Of a stretch of DNA of 64,000 nt, positions 12,587-24,418 are shown piece by piece (position 1 is the first letter of the stretch; every line of letters begins with the position of its first letter). Both the position numbers and the translations under genes were made by a program. Below the pieces are notes generated by a model. The model was not told the DNA's origin. It saw nothing but the letters and a program-made list of their open reading frames with translations, and searched no databases. Source of the stretch: Mobula hypostoma (Eukaryota). The stretch lies in assembly GCF_963921235.1 (NCBI RefSeq), contig NC_086097.1, positions 195,240,001 through 195,304,000 of the forward strand. The letters are read 5' to 3'.

Positions 12587-14650
12587 TGTCATGGAGTCTG
12601 GGTAGCTGAAAGGGGTCAGCTATCACACCCAACAGAATGCACATTCCAGCCAATTAGGGTTAATTTGTGATTGTATTTAGCTTCCTTCCTTTCATTTTCA
12701 GTCTTGTCAATTCTTGACTGAAACACAACAACAGCAACACTTACCTTAGTCCACATTCTGGGAAAGAAATTTATATAAGGAGCGATATTTATTTAGTGTT
12801 AAGTTCTGACTCTGAGCTGCAGTGACATTGTAGGTTTCAATTTGACACTTATAGTTAGCAGTCCTCTTGGTTAGCATTGATTATTTTCCTTTTGTTTTTA
12901 TTAAATCTCAGTGAACTATTCATTCTGCTGCCATGTCTCTCCCTCTGTACTTGGGTTATCAGTGAAAAGCATATCAGTATGACTCAACCATTAAAATGGA
13001 CCCAATGGAGAGGGAACCGCAGTACCTCAGCCCTAAATTTCATTGGTCTGGTAGGAGATAAGTTAAAATCAGTGGAGGCTGGGTTGGCAGAAGTCGTGCA
13101 CACAGTGCGACATCTACTCGCAGCATGTCAAGCCCAGCCCAAACCAAAGTGCCTAGGTCAGATGGAGGAGATAAAGTCAATAGAGGCTGGGTTGGTTGAG
13201 ATGGCTTGCGCACCACAACAATAAATTTCAGAGCAGCAAGCCCAGACCAAGTAGGAAGAACAGGTGTCAACACTCACAGAGGTTGCTGTCTCTAATATGG
13301 TGTTCCAGGACTCTTCTGGACATCATGTCTTAGAACTGGCCTTTGGATTTATCTGTCTTTCAACATCTACAGCAGAGGTGGGCTTCTTTTTTAAGCAAGA
13401 AGGTTCCTGCATTCACTATTAGCCCCTCAACAACATCATGGTGAAAAACTGCCATGCTCTTCCCTGCTTGCCTCTGCAGTGAAACACCTCCAGGAAGCAA
13501 CCACATTCTCCAGGATAGATCTGAGCAATGTGTACAGCCTGCTTCGCATCCAAGAAGGAAACGAATGGAAGAAAGTTTTCAATACCTCCACTGGTAACTA
13601 TGAGTACTTCTTAATGCCTTTTGGTCTGGTCAATGCCCCTGCTGTTTTTCACGCCTTGATCAACAATATGCTCAGAGATGTGCTTAAACAGTTTGCTTTT
13701 GTGTATTTCAATGACAATCTGATCTTTTCCTGCTCTTGTCAGGAACACATTCAGTTTGCCCAGGTAGTTAATAGATGGCTCCTAGAGAACAACCTTTATG
13801 CCAGTCCAAAGAAGTGAGAGTTCCACAAAGAGCAGGTGCCATTCTTGGACTACATACTCACTCCTTCCAGTGTTCAAATGGACCCATGTAAAGTTCAGGG
13901 AGTCACAGAGTAGCCCAAACTATCTATGGTCAAACAGGTGAAGCACTTAATGGGATTTGCAAACTTTTATTGCTGCTTCATCAGAAACTTCAGTTCCATT
14001 GTGGCCCCCATAAATACACTCTCCAGGAAGCCCTCTTCAGGATTCCAATGGAGAAGTGAAGCAGACCAAGCATTCTCAGAGCTAACACAACACTTCACCA
14101 CTGCCCCTGTGCTGCAATATCCAGACCCATCCCATCCATTCATTGGCAAATTTGATGTATCAGGTGTCAGCATTGGGCCTGTACTCTACCAGCACTCTTC
14201 CGTACATAATCACCTCCACAACTGTGCTTTTCATTCCCTTCTCTTGACTCCTGTAGGGTGTAACTATGATATCAGGAACCAGGAACTTCTGGCTGTCAAG
14301 GATGCCCTGGAATTATGGCACTACTGGCCGGAGAGGGCAGAACATCCCTTTCTGGTATGAACAAGAACCTCTCCTACATTTGTGACATTAAGAGACTCAA
14401 CTCCTGTCAATCCCATTGGGCCTTCTTCTTCATGCAGTTTAATTTCACCCTCACCTACTTGTCCTAGCAGCAAGAATTCCAAGGCCGATGCTCTCTCCCA
14501 CCAGATTGCCATCTCTGAGGACAATGCCAATCTAGAACCCATTCTTTCTTGCCTGTGCATAGCTGATCCAGTGATTTTGGGAATGGAAATAGATGTGAGG
14601 GGTGGCCAACAGTCTGATCCGGACCCAGGTGGCAGACCTCCCAACCACCT
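12587..14650 (+). mobile_element. Decayed Ty3/Gypsy (Sushi/chromovirus-like) LTR retrotransposon: possible 5' LTR, gag remnant, pol RT/RNase H
   Basis: ORF 13479..13817 (FSRIDL...EWK..F.T..G.YEY..MPFGL.NAPAVF..YFND) and ORF 13926..14360 (GFANFY..FI..FS..., NYDI..QELLAVK.AL..W). The LTR boundary (TGTCATG at 12587) is tentative. Confidence 0.85.
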
Positions 14651-14654
14651 ATTT

Positions 14655-15702
14655 TAATCCTACTTCCAATTCCAATTCCAACTTGTCTGTCCATGGCCTC
14701 CTCTACTGCTGTGACAATGCCACACCAAGATTGTAGGAGAAACACCTTATATTCTGGCTTACATCAAAGTTGCTGGTGAACGCAGCAGGCCAGGCAGCAT
14801 CTATAGGAAGAGGCGCAGTCGACGTTTCAGGCCGAGACCCTTCGTCAGGACTAACTGAACCTTATATTCTATATTCTTATATAACTAACCTTATATTCTG
14901 TCTGGGTAGCCTCCAACCTGACGGCATCACCATCAATTTCTCAAATTTCTGGTAATTGCCCCCCTCCTCTTCACCTGGACCACATCACAAAAGAGCAGGT
15001 CTGCAAGACCATCCAGCACCAAATTGGCCCCCATGAAGATCTTCTCACAATAGTGAAGAAAAGAAAGCTGAGATCGTAAGGCCACGTAACAAGATCCAGT
15101 GGCCTTGCAAAGACCATTCTACAAGGAACTGGAGGGGAAAAGAAGAAGAGGTAGACAGAGGAAAAGATGGATGGACAACATTAAGGAATGGACAGGAAAA
15201 ACATTTGCAGTGACCCAGGCTGCGCACACAACCGCGACAGATGGAACAAACTGGTGCAAAGCTTGTCATGATGGCGCCCCGATGACTCCACCAGGAGTTA
15301 AGGGTGCAAGGCCAGGCAAGGCAAGGCCTTCACCATTCCCCATTCCAATTTCCCTCTCTCACTTTATCTCCTTACCTGTTCATCACCTCTCTCAGGTGCT
15401 TCTCCCCCTTCCTATTTTTCCATGGCCTTCTGGCCTCTCCTATCAGATTCCCCCTTCTCCAGCCCTTTATCTCTTTCACCAATCAACTTTCCAGCTCTTT
15501 ATTTTACACCTCCCCCTCTCCCAATTTCACCCATCACCTTTTACTTGGTACTTCTTCCTCACCTCCTCCCACCTTTTTGCTCTGACCTCATCTTTTTTCT
15601 CCAGTCCTGATTAAGGATCTTGGCATGAAACGTTGACTGTTTACTCTTCTCTCCAGATGCTGCCTGGCCTGCTGAGTTCCAGCAGTATTTTGTATGTGTT
15701 GC
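14655..15702 (+). mobile_element. Old PLE 3' relic containing a nested PLE-A fragment (~14760-14858, minus) and an RTE fragment
   Basis: GIY-YIG C-terminal remnant (HL...LGSLQPDGITINFSNF), degenerate hammerhead at ~15603-15639 and an intact hammerhead motif at ~14816-14855 (minus). Confidence 0.7.
14975..15327 (+). mobile_element. RTE-clade LINE 3' end
   Basis: Frameshifted GHVTRSSGLAKTILQG / GKRRRGRQRKRWMDNIKEWTG, the typical RTE C-terminus, followed by a (GCAAG)n tail. Confidence 0.75.
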
Positions 15703-17874
15703 TCTCATCTCCATTCTTCCCTTGACACATGACATTTTTCATATCAAGAATAGCATGATGGAAAATTTAATTCTAGCTCCTCTTTTTTAGGTGAACTATC
15801 ATACATTTTGTGAAGTGGAAGCATAAGTTTTTTTTTCAGAGCTACTTATGAGATAAAATCTTAATGCAATCAGATAAAATCAAAACACTGCTGATGCTAG
15901 AAAGCTGATATAAAAGCAGAAACACTCAGCAGGTCAGTCAACATCTGTGGATTCCAGATGGGTTCATGGGAAGTTGCCAGTACATTCAGTTTCTTTTCCT
16001 GTGTACTATGTTTTAAGTAGCCAGTCCCAGTCTTTTGTTACTTATTCATGATCAGCTCTTTGGTTTCCACTAACCCTCCCACTGGTTCCTGTTTTATTGC
16101 AATTTCCCATGACAGCAGTTCCTCATTCAATGAAATGTCCTTTGCATTTTCAGCCTTCTCCAACAAGAATCCACCATCAGACAGATCCTCCCCTCTCTTC
16201 CTCTTACCTCCCTTTTGAGCATTTTGCATGAACCTCTCCCTTTGAAGCTCCCTGTTTCTCTCTTCCATCCCAATCAAACACTCCAAATCCTGTGGCACCT
16301 GTTGGTTGCACCTGTTCCAATGAGGTGCAACCAACTTGCAAGTGCCTAAACTATCCTGCCATTCTTTGGGATGTGTGACACAGTCCTTGTTTCAGCCTTG
16401 TTCTGGCCTAATCACTCATCTCTTGTTTGAGGTGCATTGATATTTCCTCAGTTTATACAGAACACAAAAATGTCATTAGTTTTGCTGCCAGTTTCCACCC
16501 TGTCCTCATCATCACATGGTCCATCACTGACTCTTCTCTCAGGAGATACGCAAGCCACAAACATCCATTGCAAGCTACAGATTCCCACAACTATCATGAC
16601 TACATTTCATCCCACACTGCACCTCTGTCTTGCTTGCCCAGAGAATGTGCTTTTGTTGGAAATCCCTTTAGAAAAGCTGCCAATCAAGATTTACCTTCAA
16701 CATCGATCCCTCAATATTCCATAAATAGTTAATGTCAAATAATTCAATGATCACTGGCAAATTAAATACATTTTTGTGGAAAAGAGCTCCATACAAAAAG
16801 ACCTTCCAAAACTGGGAACCTCCAGAATAGAAAAATCCAGACAAGGGTTCAGAGGTTAATAGCAGATCTGGCCGAGATGTAAAGAGCTGATATTATTTTG
16901 TCCAGTAAATTCAGTAAGTAATGTAGATCATCAAATTATAAAATAAACTTCTCTGAATCCTTAAGTGTTACTAACTGAAGCATTCAAGAAGCTATGGAAT
17001 GCTCTCTATTCAATATACAGTGCACAATTAACAATAGAACCATACTTGGAAATTATAGCCACATGACAATATGCAAAAATTTGTAAGGTCAGTTGACATA
17101 AAGGAATCAATTTTACAAGCCATTTCTATCACCTGCGTAAAAGGAGAAATACAGTCTAATGAGCTGATCACTTTACAGTTTCACAGTTGCACGTCCTCAG
17201 ACTGTGTTGGTCGTTGATGCAAGCGACGCATTTCACTGTATGTTTCAATGTACATATGATAAATAAAGTTGATCTATTCTAATCTAATCAATCACAAAAG
17301 CAACCCTCCTCCAAAGAATTGTTGGTGCAGCCCATTGTAGAATGGACAGTTCACTATTACACTAATTGACAATTGCTAAGTACTAATTCATTTTTTATTA
17401 TCACATGTATGGAGACATGGTGAGAAGATTTTGCTTAGATGCCAACATGACAGTTCATTCTACACATCAGTACATTGAGGCAGTGAGAGAGGAAAACAAA
17501 ACAGAATGCAGAAAATATGTTGACAGTTACAGAGAAAATGCAATGCAAGTAGACAGGTAAAGTGCAAGGGCCATAACAAGGTAGAATAAGAGGTTAAGAC
17601 TTCATCATTATCAAAAATCTTGTAACAATGGGACAGAAGTTGTCCTTGAGTCTGTTGGTACATGTTCTCAAGCTTTTATATATTCTGCCCAATAGAAGGG
17701 GAAAAAGAGGGACTGGGCTGGGAGGTGTCCTTGATTATGTTGGTTGTCTTTCTGAGACACTAGCTAACTACGTTTGTAATTATGAACTTTATAAATAATG
17801 ATTAATAGGATGTTATAAATCTTCTGTCATTATGTTTTGTGGTCATAGTATGCTCATAAGAATTTATGAGCATA

Positions 17875-18025
17875 TAGTGGTGCTAGAAAGTTTGTGAACC
17901 TTGTAGAATTTTCTTTATTTCTGCATAAATATGACCAAAGATGTGAAAAGTCCTAAAACTAGATAAAGGGAATCCAAGTAAATAAATAACACAAAAAAAT
18001 TATACTTGTTCATTTATTTATTGAG
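17875..18025 (+). mobile_element. Tc1-like terminal fragment
   Basis: Begins tagtggtgctagaaagtttgtgaacc, resembling Tc1 TIRs. No partner end was found. Confidence 0.4.
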
Positions 18026-19009
18026 ATCTTGGATCTTTCTCAAATTGTTGATTCTTCATTGTAAGTTCCTCATTTTTCATTTTTAACTGTCCATTTATGA
18101 TCTGCTGCTATTTTATAAATGTAAACTTGAGACCGGTAACAGATATTTAAGAAAATTGAATGTAAAAATGATGCACCCAACAAATGCTCTCCCAACTGTC
18201 AATGATTATTATCAAGAAGCAAGTATTTATTAACAACCAAGGAGAACTGAAGGTGTTGTTACTGTGGGAATTGTCAAAAAAGAGAATGTTGGAAACTAGT
18301 CATATAACCACTGTGGAGAGAGAAACAGATTTAATGACTCAAGTTTAATACTGACCTTGTTGTCATCTGTGTAGAGTTTGCTTCTTTTCCCATTTTCTCA
18401 CAGTTTCCCACATACAACACCCCACCCACCTGTTGTGGCGTGGATGAAATCACCAGAGAGACAGAGTTACTGGTATATAGAAAGCAGCTTCAGTATTCGA
18501 CATAACAAGGTACAGCAGGCATCATACGGACAGAGACACTTTCGGTAGAAAGGTCTGCTAGCCCAATACGAGCTCGATATTTATTTGCTAAACACAAAGG
18601 ACAATTCCTATTTACCAAGTTATAGACAATGCTTCCTTTTGAAGCTACATACAAAACATTACACCTTCTGACTTCATCTTTTTCTCTGGACGCCAACATG
18701 TCTGGGTTAGTACTCACAGCCTTTAGGTGTGCAAGTCAAATCCACAATACATTTATTTGGTATTTTACATGCTAACATAGAGGACAATTAATATTTATAA
18801 AGTATGGATAAGGCTGTCTTTGAAACTACCTGTAAACTTCACACTTCCATCCGCAGCATCTGGCTAATGTTCCGATATTCACAGCTTTTAAGAAATGCAT
18901 TGTTGTGAACTCAATCCACAAACAGAAGACTGGTGACTAAAGTCATTTAAGTGTAAGTGAATCATGAATCATCTACCCAAAAACTCACTCTAACACCACC
19001 TACACCCGC

Positions 19010-19038
19010 GTGCGCGCACACGCGCACACACACACATG

Positions 19039-19079
<41 letters not shown>
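19010..19079. repeat. (CA)n microsatellite
   Basis: Visible directly. Confidence 0.95.
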
Positions 19080-19419
19080 CATGCCCATATTTTGCAAGTT
19101 GGTAGATTAATTGGCTGCTGTAAGTTTCCCCGGTGTGCAGATAAGGCAAAGAATCTTGGGGGAGTTCATGGGAGTGTGGAAGAATGAAATGGGTAATTTG
19201 GATTAATGTAGAAAATGGGTGTTTGATAGTGAGTTGGCTGACAGACCTGTTTCCTCCGTGTACCCCTCCATGAATCTAAAATGTGTTGTGGCAGTATGGA
19301 TTAATAGAGGTCTAGTTGCAATTATACAAATGGATAAGTTTCCATCATGAATTTCTAACACATTATTATCCATCATCCTCAGAATGTTGGAGAACCTCAG
19401 CAGGTCAGGAAGCCTCTAT

Positions 19420-22155
19420 GGTGGGCTGATTCAAGGCTGGTGCCGCTGCTGATGACTGATGTGTTGCGGGAGAAAAAGGAAGACTAGCAGCAGCCATTGT
19501 GCAATCTGCCGAGCTTAGTGACGATGGCACTAAACGGCAACTCCTTTGTTTGCATCTTCAGAAACAGCTTTATTTCTATCTTTGATATCTCTTTTTTTCT
19601 CTTTCAAGGTTCTTTTGAAGACCCTGACCTGGAGTTACACTCTGTTCTTTGCGGGAATGGGACCTGCTCTCAGAGCCTCACAACCAACCATTTTTCGATA
19701 TCCTAAGGGTGCGGCCCAGAAGACTAGTGCACCTTCAGGGTGCCAGATTTTCATGGCTCTGGAGGCGGGCTGACTAAAGGCTGGTGCTTCCGACTGATGC
19801 ATTGTGGGAGAACAAGGAAGATGGGAAGCAGCGGGCTTGCTGTTGTCCGTGTGCCCAGAGGCACAGAGCTCGGAAAAAGCAACACAACAGACACTTAACA
19901 CCATAAATCAGAGAGTTGTTTTGTTATGTCTCCCCTCTTACTGTGAAATGGGGACATCCCTTTTTTCCCTTATTAGGGAGAGAGAGAACCTGTGGTATGC
20001 TGAATTACCAGGTGAGTGAGTAGTCTTTGGGGTACTACAAGTCTGTGTCTTTATTGATGCCCTGCTGCACGCTTGAGGGCTCGGTGGGGTCGCCATGGCA
20101 GGATTTAGTAGCATCGGGGCCCCTGGGCTGATGGCCCAGATGGGCCCCTGTCAACACTATAAAATGCTGTTGTACCAAACAAAAGAAGGCAAGAGCAAGA
20201 GCAAAGGTCGTACTGGTCTAAATATCAAAGCTGTGGATCAAGACATTGGTTTATTACAATACGTAGGCTATAAACTTACAGGCCTTAAGAGGGAGGACAG
20301 AAAGTAATGCAGATTCTTAGTTTGAAGGACAGCACCTAAAGCACTCAAAAATTGACCTAGGCTTAGTTGGCTTAGTAAAGTTATGAGGGAGACGAAGTAT
20401 GATGTACCCAATCTTAAATCTTTATTTAGCTATTGCTGCACATACCATAGGCCTTATTTCTCAAACAATGCCAAAGCATTTTTATCTGGTATTTATCTCA
20501 ACCATGTGTTCTGAGAAAGTAAAATGGAAATGAAAGACAAAAAAGCCAAGAGAGATGGCACAATGGCAAACTAGGAAACTTGACAATACTCCAACAATCT
20601 TTTTGGAAAATGACGTCTAGCACATACTAACCTATTGCTGTACTGTGTGGCTTGCAGAGTAAAGACCACTTATTACTTATTAAGTTTGTAAGCAGTCATC
20701 AGTAAACAGTTTGTAGCCTATTGCCGCAAGAACAGGAACAGCACTGACACACAAGCCTAGATATTTACAACGTCAGATGCTTGTTTTTCAAAATTAAAGC
20801 CTAATTCTTCTGGATTTCTTCTCAGCAAAGTCCTTGATCAGGTCACTAAAATCCAGTTTACAAACAAGATCATTTTCAAGTGACATCAGAGTAAGATGAC
20901 TCAGCTTATCCTGTCCCATTGTGGATCTGAGCCTATGTAGTTGCCGTTATCAGGCCTGCCAAATATGTATGTCACTGGAGCCTTGGACAGCCAGTCCCCT
21001 CTCGACCAAAAACTTCACAACCACCAACACTCTTCCAATACGTCGGTCCAGTAGACACACTCTGACTCGAACTGTTTTTGCAGTTCTGTATCTATTCTTC
21101 CACTGTCAGATGCTAGTGTAACGTAGGTCAGTATTGTTTTCCTGCGGTGTTCACTATTTGCATGCTCTCCTATGCGCTCTGCGGCATGTTTCCAGTTGCT
21201 AAAGCCAGTTTCGAAGATGGACTAACAGTTACCATCACTGAAGATGTGGCATGCAAAACAAAACACACAGCCGGTGAAAGGGGAATATAAGAGCCATTGC
21301 CTTGATATGTACTCACCATTTACGAGCTTGCATTTGAAGTGAAATTTGGAGAAAAAACATCTCTGCTGTTTGTATACTCGTTCCAAAGCTTTGATATCCA
21401 TATTCTCCAGGACTCCAGCCCTTTCTTAGCCCAGTACGCTCGGACTGAATCATCTAACGTTTCCTTTCCCCAGCAGGCAGGATCAGTGCTGTAAGGATCC
21501 TCAGTAGCGGTAACGTTAACATTAATGGTGGCTCGACTTGGTTGTTCGGAGGCCTTTGTGGTCGGGAATCCCAAAGTCATGCTCCCTGCCTCTTCAACAT
21601 TAGCTGCTGACTGTGGCAAGGATGGTGGTCCTGTGCTAACGCTGGTGCTAGCGCTAGGTGTTGAACAAGTCTCCGTTTGTCCACCGGTCTCAGACTGTGA
21701 CAAGAGCGATGATACTACTGCATCATCAAGAACAGGTTTAAAAAATTCTGTCAATTTCAATGTCTTTCTTAATGCTTCTTTCTCACGGTTCTCTTTTTCT
21801 TGTTTCTTTTTTCTTTTCTGTGCTAAATTCTCGTATTTTTTTTTGTCCGCCATGATGATAGCCAGGGGCCCCTCTGCAGCTAAGGCCCCAGGGTTCCTGC
21901 CCAGCCTAGCCCTGCCTAAAGTCCGGCCCTGGGGGTCGCCGATGCTTTTTTGCTGGTGGGGAGGGAGGGGGGTCATTGCCTTGCTACTGCTTCTGCGTGG
22001 GAGGAGGAGCTCGGGGGATGGTGCTTTGGGGATCTAATGTTTAACTGCCATTCATTCTTTGGGGCACTCCTCTGTTTTCATGGATGTTTACAAAGATGAA
22101 GTATTTCAGGATGTATACTGTATACAGTTCTCTGACATTAAATGTACCTATTGAT
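19420..22155 (+). repeat. Second copy of the unclassified repeat at 5441-6163, split by a hAT transposon
   Basis: Shared blocks ttgaagaccctgacctggagttaca, tccct-tattag-gagagagag and tctctgacattaa-tgtacctatt. The halves rejoin across the GGGGTCGC duplication. Confidence 0.8.
20094..21931 (-). mobile_element. Internally deleted hAT DNA transposon (Tip100/ZMYM1-like transposase remnant)
   Basis: Perfect 8-bp TSD GGGGTCGC (20086-20093, 21932-21939) and imperfect TIRs (catggcaggatttag / ctaaagtccggccctg). The minus strand encodes a TTF-type zinc finger remnant (WLLYSPFTGCVFCFAC) and a hAT dimerisation tail (STMGQDKLSHLTLMSLENDL..DFAEKKSRR). Confidence 0.9.
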
Positions 22156-22159
22156 AAAT

Positions 22160-23465
22160 AAACATAGAGAATAAAAAAACTGAGTTACATTAATTTTTTA
22201 TATATCTGTTAAATAGTTAAGTTAAAAGAAATAGTGCAAAAAACAGAAATAAAAATGTAGTGATGTAGGGTTCCTGGGTTCAATTTCCATTTAGAAATCG
22301 GATGGCAGAAGGGAAGAAACTGTTCCTGAAATACTGAGTGTGTACCTTCAGGCATCTGTACCTCCTTCCCAATGGTACCAGCATGAAGAAGGTGTGTCCT
22401 AGGAGGTGGGGATCCTTAGTGATGGATGCCACCTTCCTGAGGCTCCACTCCGTGAAGGTTTTGGAATCTAGGGAGGCTAGTACCCACAATGGAGCTGACT
22501 CATTTTACAAGTTTCTGCAACTTACTTCGATCATGTGCAGTAGATTCCACCACCCCCACCCCCCCAACAGCCAGTCAGAATGCTCTCGATGGTACATTTG
22601 TAGAAGTTTTCAAGTGTTTTGGTTGGCAAACCAAATCTCCTCAAACTCCTAATGAAATATAGATGCTGTCTTGCCTTCTTTGTGTTGCATCCAGGTTAGG
22701 TCCTCAGAGATATTGACACCCAGAAGCTTAAAATTACCACTCTCTCCACTTCTGATCCCTCTGTGAGGTCTGGTTTGTGTTCCCTCCCCTTAGCTTTTCT
22801 GAAGTCCACAGTCAGCACTTTGGTCTTGCTGACATTGAGTGCAATATTGTTGCTGCGACACCACTCCACTAACTGATATATCTCGCTCTTTCATCACCAT
22901 CTAAAATTCTGCCAACAATAAATTTATAGATGGCATTTATGCTATGCCTAACCTGCAAGTCTGTGTCTTTATTGATGCTTTGCTGCACACTTGAGTGCTC
23001 AGTGGGGTTGCCGATGCTTTTTTGCTGGTGCGGGGTATAGAGAGAGTAGAGCAGTGAACTAAGCACACATCCCTGTGGAGCACCAGTGTTAATTGTTAGC
23101 AAGGGGGAGCTGTTATTGACAATCCACACAGATTGTTGTCTTCCAGTTAGGAAGTCGATGATCCAGGTGCAAAGGGAGGGTACAGAGGCCTAGCTTCTGT
23201 AGCTTTCTGATCAGGACTGCAGGAATGCTGATCTATAAACTCTATCCTGACATGGGTATTTGTATTGTCCAGTTGCTCCAAGGCTGCATGGAGAGTGTTG
23301 AGATCGTGTCTGCTGTAAACCTGTCGTGTCGAGAGGCAAATTGCAGTGGGTCCAACTCGTTCTATTCTAGCCATGACCAATCTCTCAAGCATTTCATCAC
23401 CGTAGATGTGAGTGCTACTGGATGATCGTTGTTGAGGCAGCCCACGCTGCTCTTCTTGGGCACTG
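22160..23465 (-). mobile_element. Rex1/Babar-like LINE, decayed RT and 3' end
   Basis: ORFs 22869..23129 (TGAPQGCVLSSLLYSLYT), 23147..23392 (LERLV..) and 22280..22489 (FRNSFFPSAIRFLN). Confidence 0.8.
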
Positions 23466-24418
23466 GATTTACATCATCTACAAAATCTCTTGTGGTATCT
23501 ATCATCGACTGTTTAAGCTTTGTTGCTTGTCCTGGAAAGTGTGAATGTAAAGCAAATTTCCTTAGTCAGTGTTCTCCAGGATTCCCCTGCACATTAAAAA
23601 TTCTTTTAGCATATGTATATATTTTCACCCAGAGTCAAGAGGAATGGTAGAAGCAAAGTTGGCAGTTAGATGCACATGAAGTTCATTCAGTGCTCACCGG
23701 TGATGCAGGTTCCAGAATTGGCCATTAACTTAATTAAGAGTGGACAAAGGATTGGGAAACACAGTCAGATAAGATTTTCATAACTTGCACCTGTAATGGA
23801 ATATGGGATCTGAATGACATCAGACATTGTACTCACACATTATGATCCACATCATCCAGTAAAGCTTGCATGTGATGCTTTGCCTTATGATATAGGTGCA
23901 GTCATGTTACATTTTATGAGTGATAGAAGTGAATGCCCCATAGCCTTTGCATCATATTCCCTTACCACAGTAGAAGAAAATTATGCACAGATTGACAGAT
24001 AGGCCATGAGTATGTTTTGGGATGTAAAATGTTCAACCAGTACTTGTATATGAGAGAGTTTACCCTCATTACTGATCATCAACCACTAGTGTCCATTTTC
24101 AATCCTCAGAAGGGTATTCCACTAATGAATGCAGAATGGGTTCTGCTTCTTGGAGGACACAAATACAAGATCGAATTCAAGAGGACTTCTAATCATGGAA
24201 ATACTTATGGATTGTCCCACTTATCCTCGGAAAAGGAAATAATGGAACCATTTACAAAAGAAGATGCTCCTCTTGATTTATTCTCCTGAAAGCAAATAAA
24301 CGGTCTCCCTATTATGGAAGAGATGATCCAAAGGGAAACACCCCACACTTCTTCAGGTCTACATGGCCACACAAAATGGCTGGAGTACCTAGCATACTCC
24401 CAGTTCCCCCATTTTTAG

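Noticed and set aside
13479..14360. Domesticated Gypsy gene (RTL1/PEG10-like)
   Set aside because: Multiple stops and frameshifts and a broken YxDD (YFND) indicate a neutral relic.
18431..18965. Possible solo LTR starting TGTTGTGG
   Set aside because: I could not define a matching CA end or a TSD by eye.
21320..21976. 218-aa ORF as a host gene
   Set aside because: It starts in the flanking repeat, reads through the hAT TIR into the transposase N-terminus and then frameshifts, so it is a chimeric artefact.
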